Source: Ascidiella aspersa (lineage: Eukaryota). Taken from it: a DNA stretch of 64,000 nt. Below, in pieces: positions 1 to 14,200 of this stretch; the stretch's first letter is position 1; the number at the start of each line of letters is the position of its first letter. The position numbers were made by a program, and so were the translations under genes. Location: assembly GCA_963924565.1 (NCBI GenBank), contig OZ004610.1, forward strand, positions 7,688,001 through 7,752,000. The letters run 5' to 3'. Below the pieces are notes generated by a model. That model saw only the letters and a list, made by a program, of their open reading frames with translations, had not been told where the DNA came from and searched no databases.

Positions 1-2349
1 ATTTAATATGGAGAGAAAAAGTGTTATTATAGAAAAAAAATGCCTATAAGCAATGTTGGGGAGTTTGAGCCAGAAGAATTTACATTTTGCTTGGAGCCGA
101 AGCAAGATCCAATTTTTAATTTTAAGAGCTCAAGCTATAAATTTCTCTAGCTTGAATGAATTTAAATTCCTCAAATAAAAACTGTGACTCAAGTGTGACA
201 AATGTAACTTAATTCAGCCCGCGGTGAAGACACTTTCAAAAAATCATCAGGAGCTAAAGGTGGGCCATTAGTGGGTCAAGTGTTTAATGGCTGTAGGCAG
301 AAATGTGAGTGCAAATCGTTTCGGGTGAGTGCCGATAGAAACTCACTTGCCTAACTGGCTTTGGCGAGAAATTTAATTGGTTGATGTAGCAACTAAGCGC
401 AAATATTACTTAGCGCAAGTTATTTCCTTAGCTGCAAATACAAACACTAAGGTGCAAATACATTCAATACTACACAAATACTAAGGTCAATCGAAGGTCA
501 CATTCAGTAATGATCGTAATAAAGACTCTTTATTTATTTTTTAATGTTTAACTGAGTTGTTGACGCCATTGGAAAAGTTTATCTTACTTGCGATGTACCC
601 AGCGATAAGAATTTAATTTTTTTGTATCTATTAGATTGTAAGCAATTGTTCCAATACAAGTCCCCTGAACACTATGGTATTTTAAAATATTACCTACTTG
701 TGTAACTACACGTGAAAATTAGCAATTAGTCTACGTAAGTATGTTGTTGCAATCTCTTAAAAGTTCATAGCGGTCAACCAAGCCAAAGCTTAAAAAATAA
801 CTGTCTGTGAATGTTTTATATCGCAATTAAGTTTAGATCTGAATCCAAACCATTGTGTGACGCCCTTATAAAATTGAAACAATACACTATAGGGCGTCGC
901 TCACATCCAGTTGTAAATATTGTCAGTGATAAGAAAGGATTTAAATACAAATGAAGATTAGTTTCAAGCATCCTAAAGTCCACTTACCAAAAATGCCAGT
1001 GTTGTTACAATGTTAATGTTGATATAACTTAAATGGATTTAATTGTTCTGAATGCTTTAGTATTCATAGAAGAAAAAACAATTGCTAAATGAGTAGTCAA
1101 AAATTTGTGTTCAAAATTTGGAGTATCACAATTTGTAATTCTTGTCAAATTGAGAAAAATGTCTGCTAATCATTTACAGGAGGACGGGTGCAAATCTAAC
1201 ACACTTATCATAAATGTTTAGTTTATATTGTTTACAATTACCAAAAGGTCATTGCGATTTTGGCTCTTGAACATTTATCAATACCTATACACCTTTAAGT
1301 ATAGTTTGAGCTAAGGCATAATACAACATTGTACTTCTTTGTTGCAAACAAATTTTATAGCAGTGTTACGAACTTCAAATTTACAACTTCTGTCCATAAT
1401 TCATTCGCCATATATGGAAAATGTATTGTGTTTCAAATTTTAAAGTTTGATATCCAGTTGTCTACAAAATAGTCTCTTCCAAGCGATTTTTAAGTTGGCC
1501 AATAAAGGCTTTTGGAAAACAACATTTAACATTACAAACAGACATGGAGGCAGGCAGGCAGACATCAGACCTAAATGCACGCTATCCATTTAAAATTAGG
1601 ATATCTTGCTATTTTCCTGCAGTTACCCTCTTAGATGCAATCATAGCAGCGCACTTGTGAAAAAAAATCGCTGATGTAAAATGCATAAATGTACTGTTTT
1701 TGAGTTCATGATTTACCCCTCTTTGTGTGACTAATTCCAAGCAGTTAGCAATAAAAGATGGCCAAAAAATGCTGGCTCCAAACAGGTTCGCACCGAAAAA
1801 TATTAGTGGCGCTTTAACATGCAACACTGAAGTTGCTCCAATAGTTTTCAGTATAATACCTAATTTTTAGCCGTGAAAAAATTAGAAATAAAATTATTAC
1901 GGTTGCGAAATTTGAAGTTGAAAAAGTGCCTCACCAAAAAATACCCACAGTTTCCAATCTGGTAAGTAATAGCAGATAAAAGGCGAGTAGCCCTGGCATT
2001 ATAGTTTGTAGAAATGTCTTGATACAATTTTGTTCACTTGAAATTTGAATTGGGCAAGTGACGAGCGTTTAAAAATTACTGCGATCGCCTATAAATATTA
2101 GTATCTGTTATCGTCTATAAAAACTTATGGCTTCAACTACTACCACGTCACATGTGGCATCGTTAGAAAGGTATAAACTAGGGCTAAGTTTTTTTGGTCT
2201 CTTGTGTAAATTGATTTTTGGGTCTATTTTGGTCGGATGAAAATTCTCGATATTACCCATATTAAATGTTGAATATAAAATATATTGCATTTTGCCGTTT
2301 AAATTTCGTTGGCGGTCCTGGCTAGCTTTTGGTAGTTGTCAGTACACTA

Positions 2350-3026
2350 CACTGGTCTAGAATCCCAAAAATAATTAAACCAACGCACAATATTTGGGTT
2401 AGGGTGTGAGTTGGCATTTTGGTGTGTCAAGTATTAATGTATTCATTATATAATAATAGTATATATCCAACCCTAAAACAAATCGCGGCACTGGTCTAGA
2501 ATACTACCGCAACGAACAATATTTGGGTTTACGGGTTAGCATAGTTATGGGTTAGGGTGGGTCAAGCAATAAATTATTAAATAATGAATGGAATAATACT
2601 AAACCCACTCACGCCTAAACTCTAACTCGCACCCTAACACAAATTTTGTGCATTGATATAATAATTGGGCACTCTTTCACTATTGTACGTAAAAATTAAT
2701 AAAAAAATTTTTTTCTTCAAATGCCTCATACCACAACACATATTGTTTGGGTTAGGGTGCGGGTTAGCGTTTGGTTGAGGGTGGGTCAAGTTATTATTAA
2801 TAATAAACATAATATTACTTGACCCACCCTCACCCAAACGCTAATCCAAACAATACGCGTTGTGGTATGCGGTATTATTTTGTTTTGTTTTTTGCATAAC
2901 TTTTCACGTACATAAGTTAAAGAGCGCCACTAATTGTGGTAGGATTCTAGACCACCGCCCAAATCGCTAACCCGCACCATGCACCCTAACCCAAACAATG
3001 TGCGCTGTAAATTCTAGACCTGCGCC
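2350..3026. mobile_element. Nested foldback MITEs with GGGTTAGGG/CCCTAACCC-rich arms
   Basis: Ends CTGGTCTAGAAT (twice, ~2352 and ~2491) and ATTCTAGACC (twice, ~2944 and ~3011). Long internal inverted repeat 2722-2790 vs 2818-2874. Same family at 49661-50360. Confidence 0.75.
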
Positions 3027-3657
3027 TAGTAATCTGTTTTACGTCATGCTGATTGTAGAAATAAGTTATTACAGCCGCATAAACACCCCCGCGCAAAAAT
3101 ACTTTTTTCAAATCGGGCCTTTAGTTTTTAAACAGCAACTTTATCGAGTTATGTAAAAGTCTATCACAAACTGAAAAATCAAACGGAACTTACCGGTAAG
3201 CAAACACGAGTAGATCAACATTTCGCCGCGGTAAAAGAAAAACTTTTAACAAAAGTAAAAGTAATGTTAACGCAGATCAGCTGCGAGTAAAAAGGAAGAA
3301 TCGGACGTGTTTTTTCATTACGTTAATAAAACGTCAAACTTTAGGCTTTACGCTCGATCAAACATATTGAAAATAATTTAGATCAACTTAAAGAACAATA
3401 TTGTTTTAACAAATTTTTAAGGTACATTTTAACAAAACAAAAAACATTTAACAAACAAAAACGAAATTGCTTTATTTCGTCAAAGTTAATTTACTTCTTA
3501 GATAAGCATTAAATAAAACGATTTGGATGATTAATTTCCTCCAGCAGATCTCGTCATTTGCTTATATTCATTTACGTCATAAGTTATCATGAACTTTCAA
3601 CCGAAGTCCATAGAAATTATACAAGTTGTGCAACTCCGATTCATGCGCGCTCAAATG

Positions 3658-4203
3658 CAGGGAGTCGAACCGGAACCGAACCGGAACTTTATGAACCGGT
3701 TTTGGGTCAATTTTTTCCGAACCGTAACCAAACCTGAACCGGTTTTTATAAGATTTTAAGGAGCCGAACCGGAACTGAACCGAATAATTTGAAAGTACGA
3801 ACTTTAACCGAACCCGAACCTGTAAACAAAAGCGGTTCGCTCCAGCATGACGTCACAACTTCTATTTTACAGAGTCAAATTACGCCATGTCCGAAATTTT
3901 ATGAAAAAAATATGAATATTGAATAAAAAAATCGTTCATTTTTTATTTTTTAGTTATTTAATATTGAGTTGCTGTTTTTTCAATAAGTCGCAGAACTTTA
4001 TCGGCCCACATTTTGAGATTTAACGCAAATTATATTGTTTCTGAACCGGAACTTTATGAACCGGTTTTGAAATAACGATGTTCGAACCGGAGCTGAACCG
4101 GAACTTTTAAATTACTCCGATCCGAAACCGGAACTGAACCGGATTCCTAAAAAAGCCTTGAACCCGAACCTGAACCGGAAAAGTCAAACGGTTCGACTCC
4201 CTG
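3658..4203. mobile_element. Non-autonomous hAT-type element (MITE) with GAACCG subterminal repeats
   Basis: Perfect 15-bp TIR CAGGGAGTCGAACCG/CGGTTCGACTCCCTG; perfect 8-bp TSD CTCAAATG at 3650-3657 and 4204-4211. Confidence 0.92.
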
Positions 4204-4499
4204 CTCAAATGTTTTCCAAATTGTCTCAATTTATAATGGGCTCTTATGGGAGCAAAATAGAAAATCGTTGTTTTTAACTTTTTTGGCAATTTCTAAATTG
4301 TGGCGACCCAGCAATTTACAAACGTATATGTATAATGCATCGAATTAAGTTTAAAAATAGATATAAAACGCTCTGATATATTGCCTGGTGGAGCTAACTC
4401 TATTTTTAAGTTTAAAAATGTTACATTTGTGGGTTATATGATTTATATCGCATTAATTTGGTTTAATAGTGGCGTTCGAATGAAAAGGTAGCAATTATG

Positions 4500-4926
4500 C
4501 AGGGGTGTTCAAATGATTTTTGCCATGATCCACCACAGCCAAACCTGACAAGATGACGATCCACTAAATACGAATATTGCTGGTAAACATATTGGACATA
4601 CTTTAATTTTTATGGTGCTTGATTTATGTTAATGTATCTTACAACATATAAATAACTTTGTAAAAGTCAAAAGTGAAGTGCGCTACAGCTGCAAGATTGT
4701 TTGAGTGAGAAAAAAAGTTGGTTTAGATCTCACAACAGCATCGAATCGGGGCTTTTCGTTCACCTTTTGATATCCTCAAAAGCTCATGAAGTTTTCAACA
4801 CTGACAATTGGTATCCACATAAAAATACTGTGAAAGTTTTTTTTTTTCAAGACGACATTGGAAGATTCACACATAAAGTTGAGAAGATCCAGGACCGGAT
4901 CGCGATCCGCCATTTGAACACCTTTG
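4500..4926. mobile_element. Degenerate hAT-like MITE
   Basis: Imperfect TIR CAGGGGTGTTCAAATG / CATTTGAACACCTTTG; TSD not preserved. Confidence 0.65.
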
Positions 4927-5312
4927 AACTATAGGTTTCGACATTTTAGTTAGGTAAGAGGCTGTTTACCCGGATCACTAAGAAGGTAAATCAATATATA
5001 ATTACAAAATAGTGTATGCATACTCCAGTGTGCCAGGCAAATAGCCAACAGGTAGGCCTACTTTTTTGGTTATTTACCTGGCTATGAAAGTAACTTTTCA
5101 GTTAGAAAATTATTCATGAAAATAATGCAATCGTCGGAAAATTAAAATGGTCAATTATTTTTGTAATTTTCCTATGAATCGATAACAAAATATCTGAATA
5201 TGTTCTAAATAAAACCTAGCATATTGTCTTACAGCTGATGTACCCTGTTTTTAACAGAATAATAAAAATATTTAAAATCCTGCTGCTACCGGACTACCTG
5301 CTATAAGATTAA

Positions 5313-5747
5313 TGTCTTTGGAATTTACCGTATGTTTTATGATGTTTCTGCTTATGTGACAGAACTATTGCCTATGCCAAGCTACGCTAACTCGCACCAA
5401 AGTGTTAAGTGCTTAATGACTTGTTCTGCATTTTCTTTGTGCGGCATTCAGCATTTGAATTTGTGTACTTAAAGACCGCCGCTATCCGCTTGTAAAAATA
5501 ACCCCTTCTTAGTTATCGACTTGTTCTGTTAATAGCGTTGGTATTTGCAAGTGACATCTGCTATTTGCTAACTTGCTTCGCCATCTATAGTTTGAAACTG
5601 GTTGTTTGTTCATCATCTTATACAATTCTAATCACCAGAAAGTCTTGTGGCTGGCACATGAGTTAGATACGCAACTTGAAATTGGAGTCAGAACTGAAGC
5701 GTCAGTCAGAAGCCCTCCTGTTGAATAAACTAATATAAGTTTCAACA
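5313..5747 (+). mobile_element. Solo LTR (435 bp)
   Basis: TGT...ACA termini flanked by a 5-bp direct repeat ATTAA (5308-5312, 5748-5752); AATAAA near the 3' end; no internal gag/pol. Confidence 0.6.
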
Positions 5748-5890
5748 ATTAAACTTGTGCCCCACAACTGCCTTTTATTGTCTCCTTAATGCAGGCTATA
5801 AACAGGAATAGGTCCTTTAAAATTTAAATTCTTCTTCAACCAATAGTACCAATCAAACATTTCCTTTATTTTCATTAGACTTTACATTAG

Positions 5891-6190
5891 TTCAATGAAA
5901 CATACATACATATGTGTGTTAACAACTGAGATGTATCCCTTCTGAAGTTGCTTTTTGACCAACGACTACGTCTACAACTAGCCTGCAGTGTCTCACGACC
6001 TCAACCCGGGACAGTCGCTCTAAATGAGCTATGCAGGCTCAGAGAGGAGCGAGTCGAGAAACAACCATACGCCAATGCTTGCTCAATCTGTTAGTGCAAG
6101 CAATTCAATTAAAGGGGATCCACAGTACCATATCATTTATTCAATGAAACATGCATACATATGTGTGTTAACAACTAAGATCTAGCCTTT
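5891..6190 (-). mobile_element. Degenerate copy of the tRNA-like repeat family (SINE-like)
   Basis: Shares AACTAGCCTGCAG...TGAGCTAT.CAGGCTCAG...GAGTCGAGAAACAACCATACGCCAATGCTTGCT...GGGGATCCAC with 47469-47700; carries ~42-bp direct repeats at both ends. Confidence 0.8.
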
Positions 6191-6849
6191 CGTTAACACT
6201 CATATCAGAAGCCCTTTGTGTTATTTGAATCTATCAGCATATTGCTGGTCGTGGTCGACACTGGTCGTGTTTGTCAATTGTCCAGAATTTTCTGTTTTCT
6301 ATTTTCTATTAAGCGTAATGCCACGTAAAACTAAATCGAAATCTGCTATAAAGCTAATGAGTGATGACATTTCATGCCAAAAACACGCAGTCTCATCTGC
6401 TGTTCAATCGTGGAGTTTTGATCGCGCACATTTACGGAGGTAAAATTATTGAACTTATCGTAACTAAAACCGTTAGATGTTTTGCCGATTGTTTATTCGC
6501 AATAAATAATCTTTTACAGTGGTTCACAACCACACAGGTATTGTTGACATTAGAGATGTCCGATTTTGCAATAAGAAGTAAAACGACAACGATATTTAAA
6601 AAAAAACATTTTTTGTTTTGAGAAGACAAAGGTTGGTTGAACCAAACCCTGTTCATAAATCTTGACTGACAAAAACGCCTCTTTATCTCGCAGGTTCATT
6701 TGTTGAAAAAAGAACAAAATAAATGACCTTCCAATCTTCCACGATGTTCATAAAGAGTTATTGGTTGGCACGCCAAATACATCCAGTAAAGATAATAGAA
6801 AACAAAAAAAGGCTTTATCGCGTTGTGTTATGTGCATAAAGGACTAAAT

Positions 6850-7584
6850 CAGTGTTTTCCAACAAGTGGGGTCGCCATAACTTATTATATATTCCTACTA
6901 TTTTAGTACGATTTATGTATTTTGATTTCTTTGCAATTACGTCACACCAAAAAATGTACATAGGAAAAGAGTACATAGGAAAGATAAGTTTTGTTTCTTT
7001 TACATCAAATAGGTGTTTTTAGCTCTTAAGAGCTGCAAGGTTACAAAGATTTCAGCAAATAAATATTTACTTTTGGACTTTTATGCAACTAACTTACCCG
7101 ACTCTGTCCAATTTTGTGAGTTAACCACTCTTTCCGTTTTTAACCACATGACTTTGTTTAACGAAATTTAGCACTGAGCATATTAAAAACGAAATATCGT
7201 AAATCGATTGGAAGTAGCCTAAACCATGGCGTTTATGCTTATGCAAAGTGAAGCCGCGTTTTCAAAAACTGAATTTTTTTTTCAAAAACTGGAGATTATG
7301 CAGGCGCAACCATCGTACAGTGTTAAAACAAAATTTTTGCTTTTTAGTTCGTGTGTTAAATTTAAATTCATACTGTTAATAAAACTACCTAAATGAAATC
7401 ATTTTGGTGCACATATATAGCCACAGTTCTCTGAAAATTTACACATATTCGCTTCTGTTACTTAGTTCCAGCATTATTATATATATATAATTTATTCCTA
7501 TCTGAAAAAACGGAGTCGCAATGTAAATTCTGATTTAATTTTATTTAAATTGGGGTTGCTTATTAAAATAGTTTAAGACCACTG
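6850..7584. mobile_element. hAT-type MITE
   Basis: CAGTG...CACTG termini with perfect 8-bp TSD GACTAAAT (6842-6849, 7585-7592). Confidence 0.85.
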
Positions 7585-8156
7585 GACTAAATAAACGACA
7601 GGCACCAGAATCCGCCCAGGGCCCTAAAAATATAGTAACAAATGTGGTGAACTCATTTTTTACAAAACATTTTTTTACAATAACTGTCACACAGGTAAAG
7701 CATTTTTGGGCATTATTTTAAGATTTTGTTTTAATCTATTAAGAACCCTGTTTTCAAATTATATTTTTTTCCTATTTCAACTATACATTGTTAGATTTTT
7801 TCTAATGTTAGTTAGTTTAGCTTGTGGCAACTATTCAGATTTTTTTCATACCGCTAGACCCGAATAAACTCTGGGTTAAAACCTCCGCCCCTCTCTTCAC
7901 CAGTTCAGTTACATTTTCTATTGTCAGTCTTTTGAAATTTTTATTTTAACGATCCACCGCTAAAGGACGGTAGAGACAAGCAATTGTTCCGCGCTGTTAG
8001 ACACAGTACGAGAGGGTGACCCAAGTCATTGTTTTCCAATCTTTGTTATTCCGACCCTGTATTTGTATTTTTGGCCTAACGGCAAACTAACATAAATGTA
8101 CTTGCCATTTGGCCACATTGCCAATATATTGTTGACATTATGCGGTAACACTTGAT

Positions 8157-8205
8157 AAAGCGCTGCTTAGGCGTTCCTTACAAAGCGCTGCTTAGGCGTT
8201 CCTTA
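8157..8205. repeat. 25-bp-period tandem duplication AAAGCGCTGCTTAGGCGTTCCTTA
   Basis: Two adjacent identical copies. Confidence 0.9.
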
Positions 8206-8466
8206 TGAAAAATATAGGCCAACATAGATGCACTTTGCAAGGACGATTATGTTTTTGAGTTACCTGTTTCTGGTTACCCACTGTGGCACGCCATAGTTCT
8301 GCGGTCGCTAAAATAAAATATTCGTCGTGGCAAACACCATCGCATTATGGCCCATATAGTTAAACGGGCGTTGCGTTAGGGCTTTTAACTGCACACATCG
8401 TGGCAAACAAAGGGCTTCGGGCAATTAGGATTTATTGTATAAACAATGTGTTTTTTTTAAATACCC

Positions 8467-8810
8467 AGTCAAGACCAAGATCAGCTAATCTGTTGTCAAA
8501 GTCAAGTGTAAGTCGAAGTCATATTTAGAGCAAGTCAATTCCAAGCCAAGTCATTGACATAAAAATAAAACGTTGAACTTTTAAAATTGGAAAATCATCC
8601 TAATTTAATCAATAACTCAATTACTAAGAAAAACAAAATCTCAACATATAGCGAGCGAACTGCATGATTCGAAGTGCAAAATTGAGATAGATAAATCGAT
8701 TTTATCAACAAAATCGTTTTAGGAAAACATTAATTTTACCATAAGTCACTTGACTCACTGACTTGAGTGAAATTAAGTCGACTCATGAACTTAAGTCGTT
8801 GAAACACTGG
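8467..8810. mobile_element. AAGTC-pentamer-rich TIR element remnant
   Basis: Repeated AAGTCAAGTC/GACTT motifs ending in TTGAAACACTG; related to 15639-16133 and 62724-63067. Confidence 0.55.
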
Positions 8811-11039
8811 CTTTAAGTTATCTCATTTCTCTGTGGAATGAAAAACTAAAAAACGCAGGAGGCAAAAAATTTTTTTTAATTGAATGAAACAAGCCGTTTG
8901 AGCCAAAAAAATTATTTATTTTGGATTCAAGTGGTACGCAGACACTGAAAGTCCACTAACTGATACTTGGTCACAAAAGGTTGGAAAACACTATAGCCTA
9001 CACCTAAATTAATACACGGCGGTCATATGTTTTAATTGTCTAACAATGAAAAAAGTCTGCCGCAGCGTTTGCAAATGAAAGCGCTACCTCCCGCGGCAAA
9101 AAAAAAACAAAAAATAAGATTTTTCTGTCGTTGTCATCATAATCCCAAAAGAAAACGAAGACTTAATTGCACTTAAATATCACGTCACCAGTACCGAAGT
9201 CAAGACTATGTACAAATAAACAACTTAATTCCATAGAATATGTACCTCATTTAAGTACTTATGTTTAAGTCAAGTTATTCCCAAAAAGAATGTAGTATAC
9301 CATTTCGGGTCACTTGTCGAAATGACTCACTCACGCCAGGTTAAAAAGTTTTACAAAAAATGCAACAAAGAACAGAACTTGATTAACAAGGACATACACG
9401 ATGCGATCCCAGTCGTCATTCTTTTACCCCGCCTCGCTTTTTGCTTTTACGTTCGTACATTGATGTCATAATAAGTGCCGGTACGCAAAATAGTTAGTTT
9501 GACAACACGCTTTTCGAGAGGCGTAAATTGCAACAGAATCTAGGATTTTTCAAGAGAGGATATTACTTGGTCGTTTGAAAGACCCCCTAACCTTTTCTCC
9601 CCCAACTCCAAAAAAATGGGCACTCTTCTCTTAAAAATGTCGGCTTTATGTTGAGGGTGGCACGCAGTTAAGTTTGTATTTTTTATGAAATTTAATTCTA
9701 AATATAGCTTACTATACGAACAACAATTAAAACAGCTACCGCCGGGCGATTCAAAAGTGCAAAAACTCATATCAAAAAAGGTAATTTCCTAATTATCGTA
9801 TTTTTAGGTTTAGAAATAAACTGTATTCGCTTTTTTCGTTTTTATAAAAGTCGCTTTCCCCTTTTTTTTTATTTGATTTATTTGTGAAATACTGAATATT
9901 TCACCATATAGCGAAAAATAGCGTAAAAAAGAGCAGTAAAATGTCGCCAGATTTGCTCCGACTAGCAGCAAACACGAACCGAATTCCTGTGGGCAGCGAC
10001 AACAAACAAACGGCCCCTTTCCGATATGAAATTTCATCCGGCCCGGCCCACTTGTTATCATTGCCAATAATTTGCTGCCGCGCGCTTAATCAGCTCTAAC
10101 GACCAAAGCGAGGGGCCCCCGATTGGCTTTGTTGGCACTGGCTTCATTGTACGGTCGCTAGCGCTGGGCGTACACAAATATGGCGTCACAATCGCGCTCG
10201 TGCGCCTTTAAACGTTTCGCGCCCGTCGTCAATTAGCTTCGTTTAAGGCCCTTTGCCGACGAACCGACGTACGGGACGACCTCCCTGAACTGAAGGTGTC
10301 CTTTCAAGGACGCTTCGCAGTCGATGCGCAAGCGAGGCAAGATCTCTGACACTATTTTAATCGAATTAACGAGCCACACGCGACTCTGACGAGTTAACGA
10401 AAACCTAAGCGAGCGACTGTTACAATCGATTTCGGCCTTGCTAATGCGTACATTTGGGCAGTGACGTTTTTTTACTAATCTCACTTAAGTTAAGTGATCT
10501 ACAGAACGAGAAAATCCGTGTCCAACAAATTGCTTACTCAAGATTTTAAAGTCGGGTAACTCTCTACAATATCTGGCAAAGTTTTCTGTAAAAACACCAA
10601 AATCCTTGTCAGGGGTATTTACTAATACAATGCCTGGCAGCAACAGTAGCTTAGTAATAAATAAAGCAACGGCGGCATTTTCAACTAAATGTTGTGGACG
10701 ATTGTTTATCCAAACAATTTACTTGTCCAAAGAACAAGTCCTAGTCCTTTACTGAAATAATTTAAGTGGAATAAATACCTTCAGTCCAATGAATGAAGCG
10801 CCATAATAATTTATGCTATTGGTAAGGAAAAATTCACAAGGAAAAGCAAGTATTTACTAAAAAGAATTTTTTGGTATAACATGAATTAAAAAAAAAAAAA
10901 AACTGTCTAACGTAGATTTATTTTGTGAAAGGTTAGTTCGTTTTACATGTAAAAAAAATTAATACCCCTCTCTATATATTTATTTTTGAAACAAAGTTAT
11001 ACATTTTCTACTAATATTTTATTAGTTAAATTGATTAAG

Positions 11040-11287
11040 CGCCGTTGTTTTGATACCGGATTCTTTGCCCCTGTTTTGGGTTCCAGGCGTGGAAAATGAG
11101 TGAAGTTAAAAATTGGGTTAGTGTTATATTTATGAAGTTAGTAATGATGAAGTTTGGATGTGGTTAGGTAAAATGTTGAACAGGCCTTATTTTGGCATTT
11201 AGGTCATATTCTGACTGGTTGCCTTTATTCCGATTTAGACGTTATTATTATTATTTTTTTTTTCTTATTCCGAACTGTGTTTCATTT
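11040..11287. mobile_element. Dispersed repeat fragment shared with 50800-51070
   Basis: Common blocks TGTTTTG..ACCGGATT and TTATTCCGAACTGTGTTTCATT. Confidence 0.65.
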
Positions 11288-14200
11288 CAACGTTAATGCT
11301 GGAGCTGTTGCAGCAAAAGAAATTCTCCTTGAGTTGAAGCTGTAATAAATTTCCATTGCAGAGCATTTTTTTATTGAAAGACAGGCCTCGATAAAATTTC
11401 GGTTCAAATCTTTGCGTATTGCAAAAAAGGCTACCCGATGGTTTAAAAGTATATATTTCGAATCAGGCATGATGTGTTTTTTTCTCACAAGTTTTACGTG
11501 ATTACCCTTGTGAATTCGAGTCCGAAAAACTTCTTTGCAGAGATTTTTTACGAGCCACTCTTCTCTTTTTGCACTCGGCATTGCTTCGTAAGAACTTTGC
11601 AAAGGAAAAAAGTTCGTTTTTATTTGGTGCTGACTGTTATAAGCAATGATTCGACTGAGTTTCGCGCCATTTGCGATTTCGCTGCACACCGAAAAGTCTC
11701 CTCAAAATAGACCGAAAATTAAGTGCAGGTTGCAATATTCGCATGCTGTTTGCTATCGAGTAAAACTTTCCCATTGAAACTCCATCTCAAATTTTCTTGA
11801 TTTTTAATGACTGTCAAACGTGTCGAAAACCCTAAGTAACAAATTTGTACAGCAAGTGAAATAATCAAAACCTCAAATATTGCCACTGCTGGCAAACTGT
11901 GTTTTAATGTTGAATATCTAACTTCGACATTTAGCAGCACACATGTGCGAAAACTTAACAACATTAAATTGGAGTCTGACACGGTGTCACTCCTATTCTT
12001 AGATTATAATAAGACAAATCGTCTATCAACCAAGTTAACCAGTACGCTTTGCACAGTAACAGCCTATAGAAATACTTCTACGCTAAATTGCAACGTATAT
12101 TCTTGAAGTTTTGACTTATAAATTTACCATTCATTTAGTTGTGCTTTATGCTGAAAGATTCAGTTTAGAAAAACGCATGTACGACTAATTTCAGTGCGAA
12201 ATGGAGGATGATTCTTAAACTATGTGCCGAAGCGGCAAACCATAAAGAAATTCTTAAGTGTTCTGTAAAGTTTGTGTATTAGATCAGCAGGATTTTTGTG
12301 CTACGAGTGGCCTCACAGCATACAGGCAAGCATGCAACACTGAATGTTCACCACCCATAACAGAACTGGTGAAATTGTAGTATTTACCTTCACCTATGGC
12401 TTCGTATTACGGGCGATTATCAAGATATATTAATAACTTGTATAGGAAGTATAGCTTTTTTATTTCTTAGTACGTCGCCAGCCATAAAACGTTTGAGCAC
12501 AGGTATAGGAGTATCATTACGCGCACGAGAACTACAATTCAACTATACTTGGTAAGGTTTAACGGAGCATCTCAACTGGTGCATAGCCCAGACTTAGACA
12601 ACTTAAATATTTTTAGCTTTTTGAATTTGTTAGGAATTAAAATTAAAATTTAAAGTTTTCTTAAATTAAAATGGAATTAGAATTACTCAATTCTTAACTA
12701 GAAATTAAACTTCAATGTGAACCAGAATTTTATATTTATTAATTCAAAAATTATATGTGGTATATCGCATTTTTTTATTTGAAATATATATGGCAACTAC
12801 TTGGCTAAGATTTAATTGGCTTCAATATTCACCTGCATAATAAAAATTTTGTTCCAGATAAAAAAACTGAAAAAGCTGTTGGACAAAGTCGCATGTTTTA
12901 GAAAATCGAAAATTAGGTTGGAACTATAGAATAAAGAAACTCACAAGTTATACGAGATGAGCCGCATTTGTCTATTTTTTTTTAAATTGGGCAACTAGCA
13001 CTGCCTATAGTTGTCCAAGTGTGGCTCGATTTGAGTCGGTTTGGCCAGACGTCACTCAGCAGAGTCGCTCGACAAATATCGATACATTGGGACGGTGATT
13101 TAAAACTGAAACAAGGCGAACAATGACGCCGCGAAATTCCGCCTCGCATTATCGCGTAACTGGAGCCGACCAAAAGGTGAAAATTAATTCCGTGGGGCCA
13201 TCCGGCGTGTGTGTGCGCGCACGCCTGTTGAACCATTGCTCCAAACCTTTAGAACACGCAAAAATAAGCTGTGCAGAGAAAGTGGCAAAAATAGGCTGCG
13301 ATTTGCACAGAATGACTAGAGTTTATTTATATTCTTGTTATTTTCGTACAAAATGTGATCTTCTTGTACAAATTGGCGTAAGTGACGCCTGGCCGGCAAC
13401 AGTTTAATAATACATTGAAGGTGGTGCTTTAATTTGCGAAATAAGTTCCTCTTGACTGAAATGAAACCGATGACTATGACTTATTTCCAGCACAGACTGA
13501 ATATTATTGTAACACTCAAGTAAGACCCTTTTGTATTCCCGTTTTTTGTGAAAGCTTTCAAAACTTGTCGTCGTTTGAAAAGTAGTAATTTCCCTTTTGA
13601 CTATAAGAGACTATTTGAAGTTTAAGGCAGTCGCCATTTTCCTTAAGGGATGGAAAAGTTTATTTAATGGAAAAGTGTTGTTAAAGTTATTTTGGGCCTC
13701 ACACTGTTTTCTGTACGTTTGGACAATTCTAAAAGCTGGCAAAATTGTCGCCATCTTAAAAGCAAACCAGCGGTGTTATTTCCTTTACGATAAAATAGCG
13801 TTAAAGTCATTATAAAATCGCGCATTATATTAGGACGTAACATTCGAAGCGATTTATAGTAAGTTTCATGCGGTCGCATTCTTTTGAAGAACGTGAAAAT
13901 CTCCACAGCGGCGCGGAAAAAGGTGCGAGCGACAACTCAAAACGGCCGCTCGAATCGGCTTCGAAGTGCGCGCGCGCGCTTCAGGACTACAACAGGCGCG
14001 AAACAAAAGACGGCGTTGTGTCGACGAGCAACACTTACGCGAGGGCGTCATGTCGCTACACGGGATCGCTTGTTCGGGCACGCGTAAACATTGGTTGTAC
14101 AAGGGCCTGTTGAAGCGGCTAAGCAGCGCTTTACTGCGAGAGAGGGTGACAGCAGGTAATTTCGGGGCAGATGTTTGGGGGGCTGGGGGGTGTTTCGGAC

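Noticed and set aside
980-1830. Possible minus-strand exon ending at a GTAAGT donor near 987
   Set aside because: All three frames contain stops; at most an untranslated exon of a gene outside the window.
10375-10430. CTGACGA-GTTAAC-GAAA resembles a minimal hammerhead ribozyme core
   Set aside because: Stems I and III cannot be formed convincingly in type I or type III topology, and the motif is not repeated in the window.
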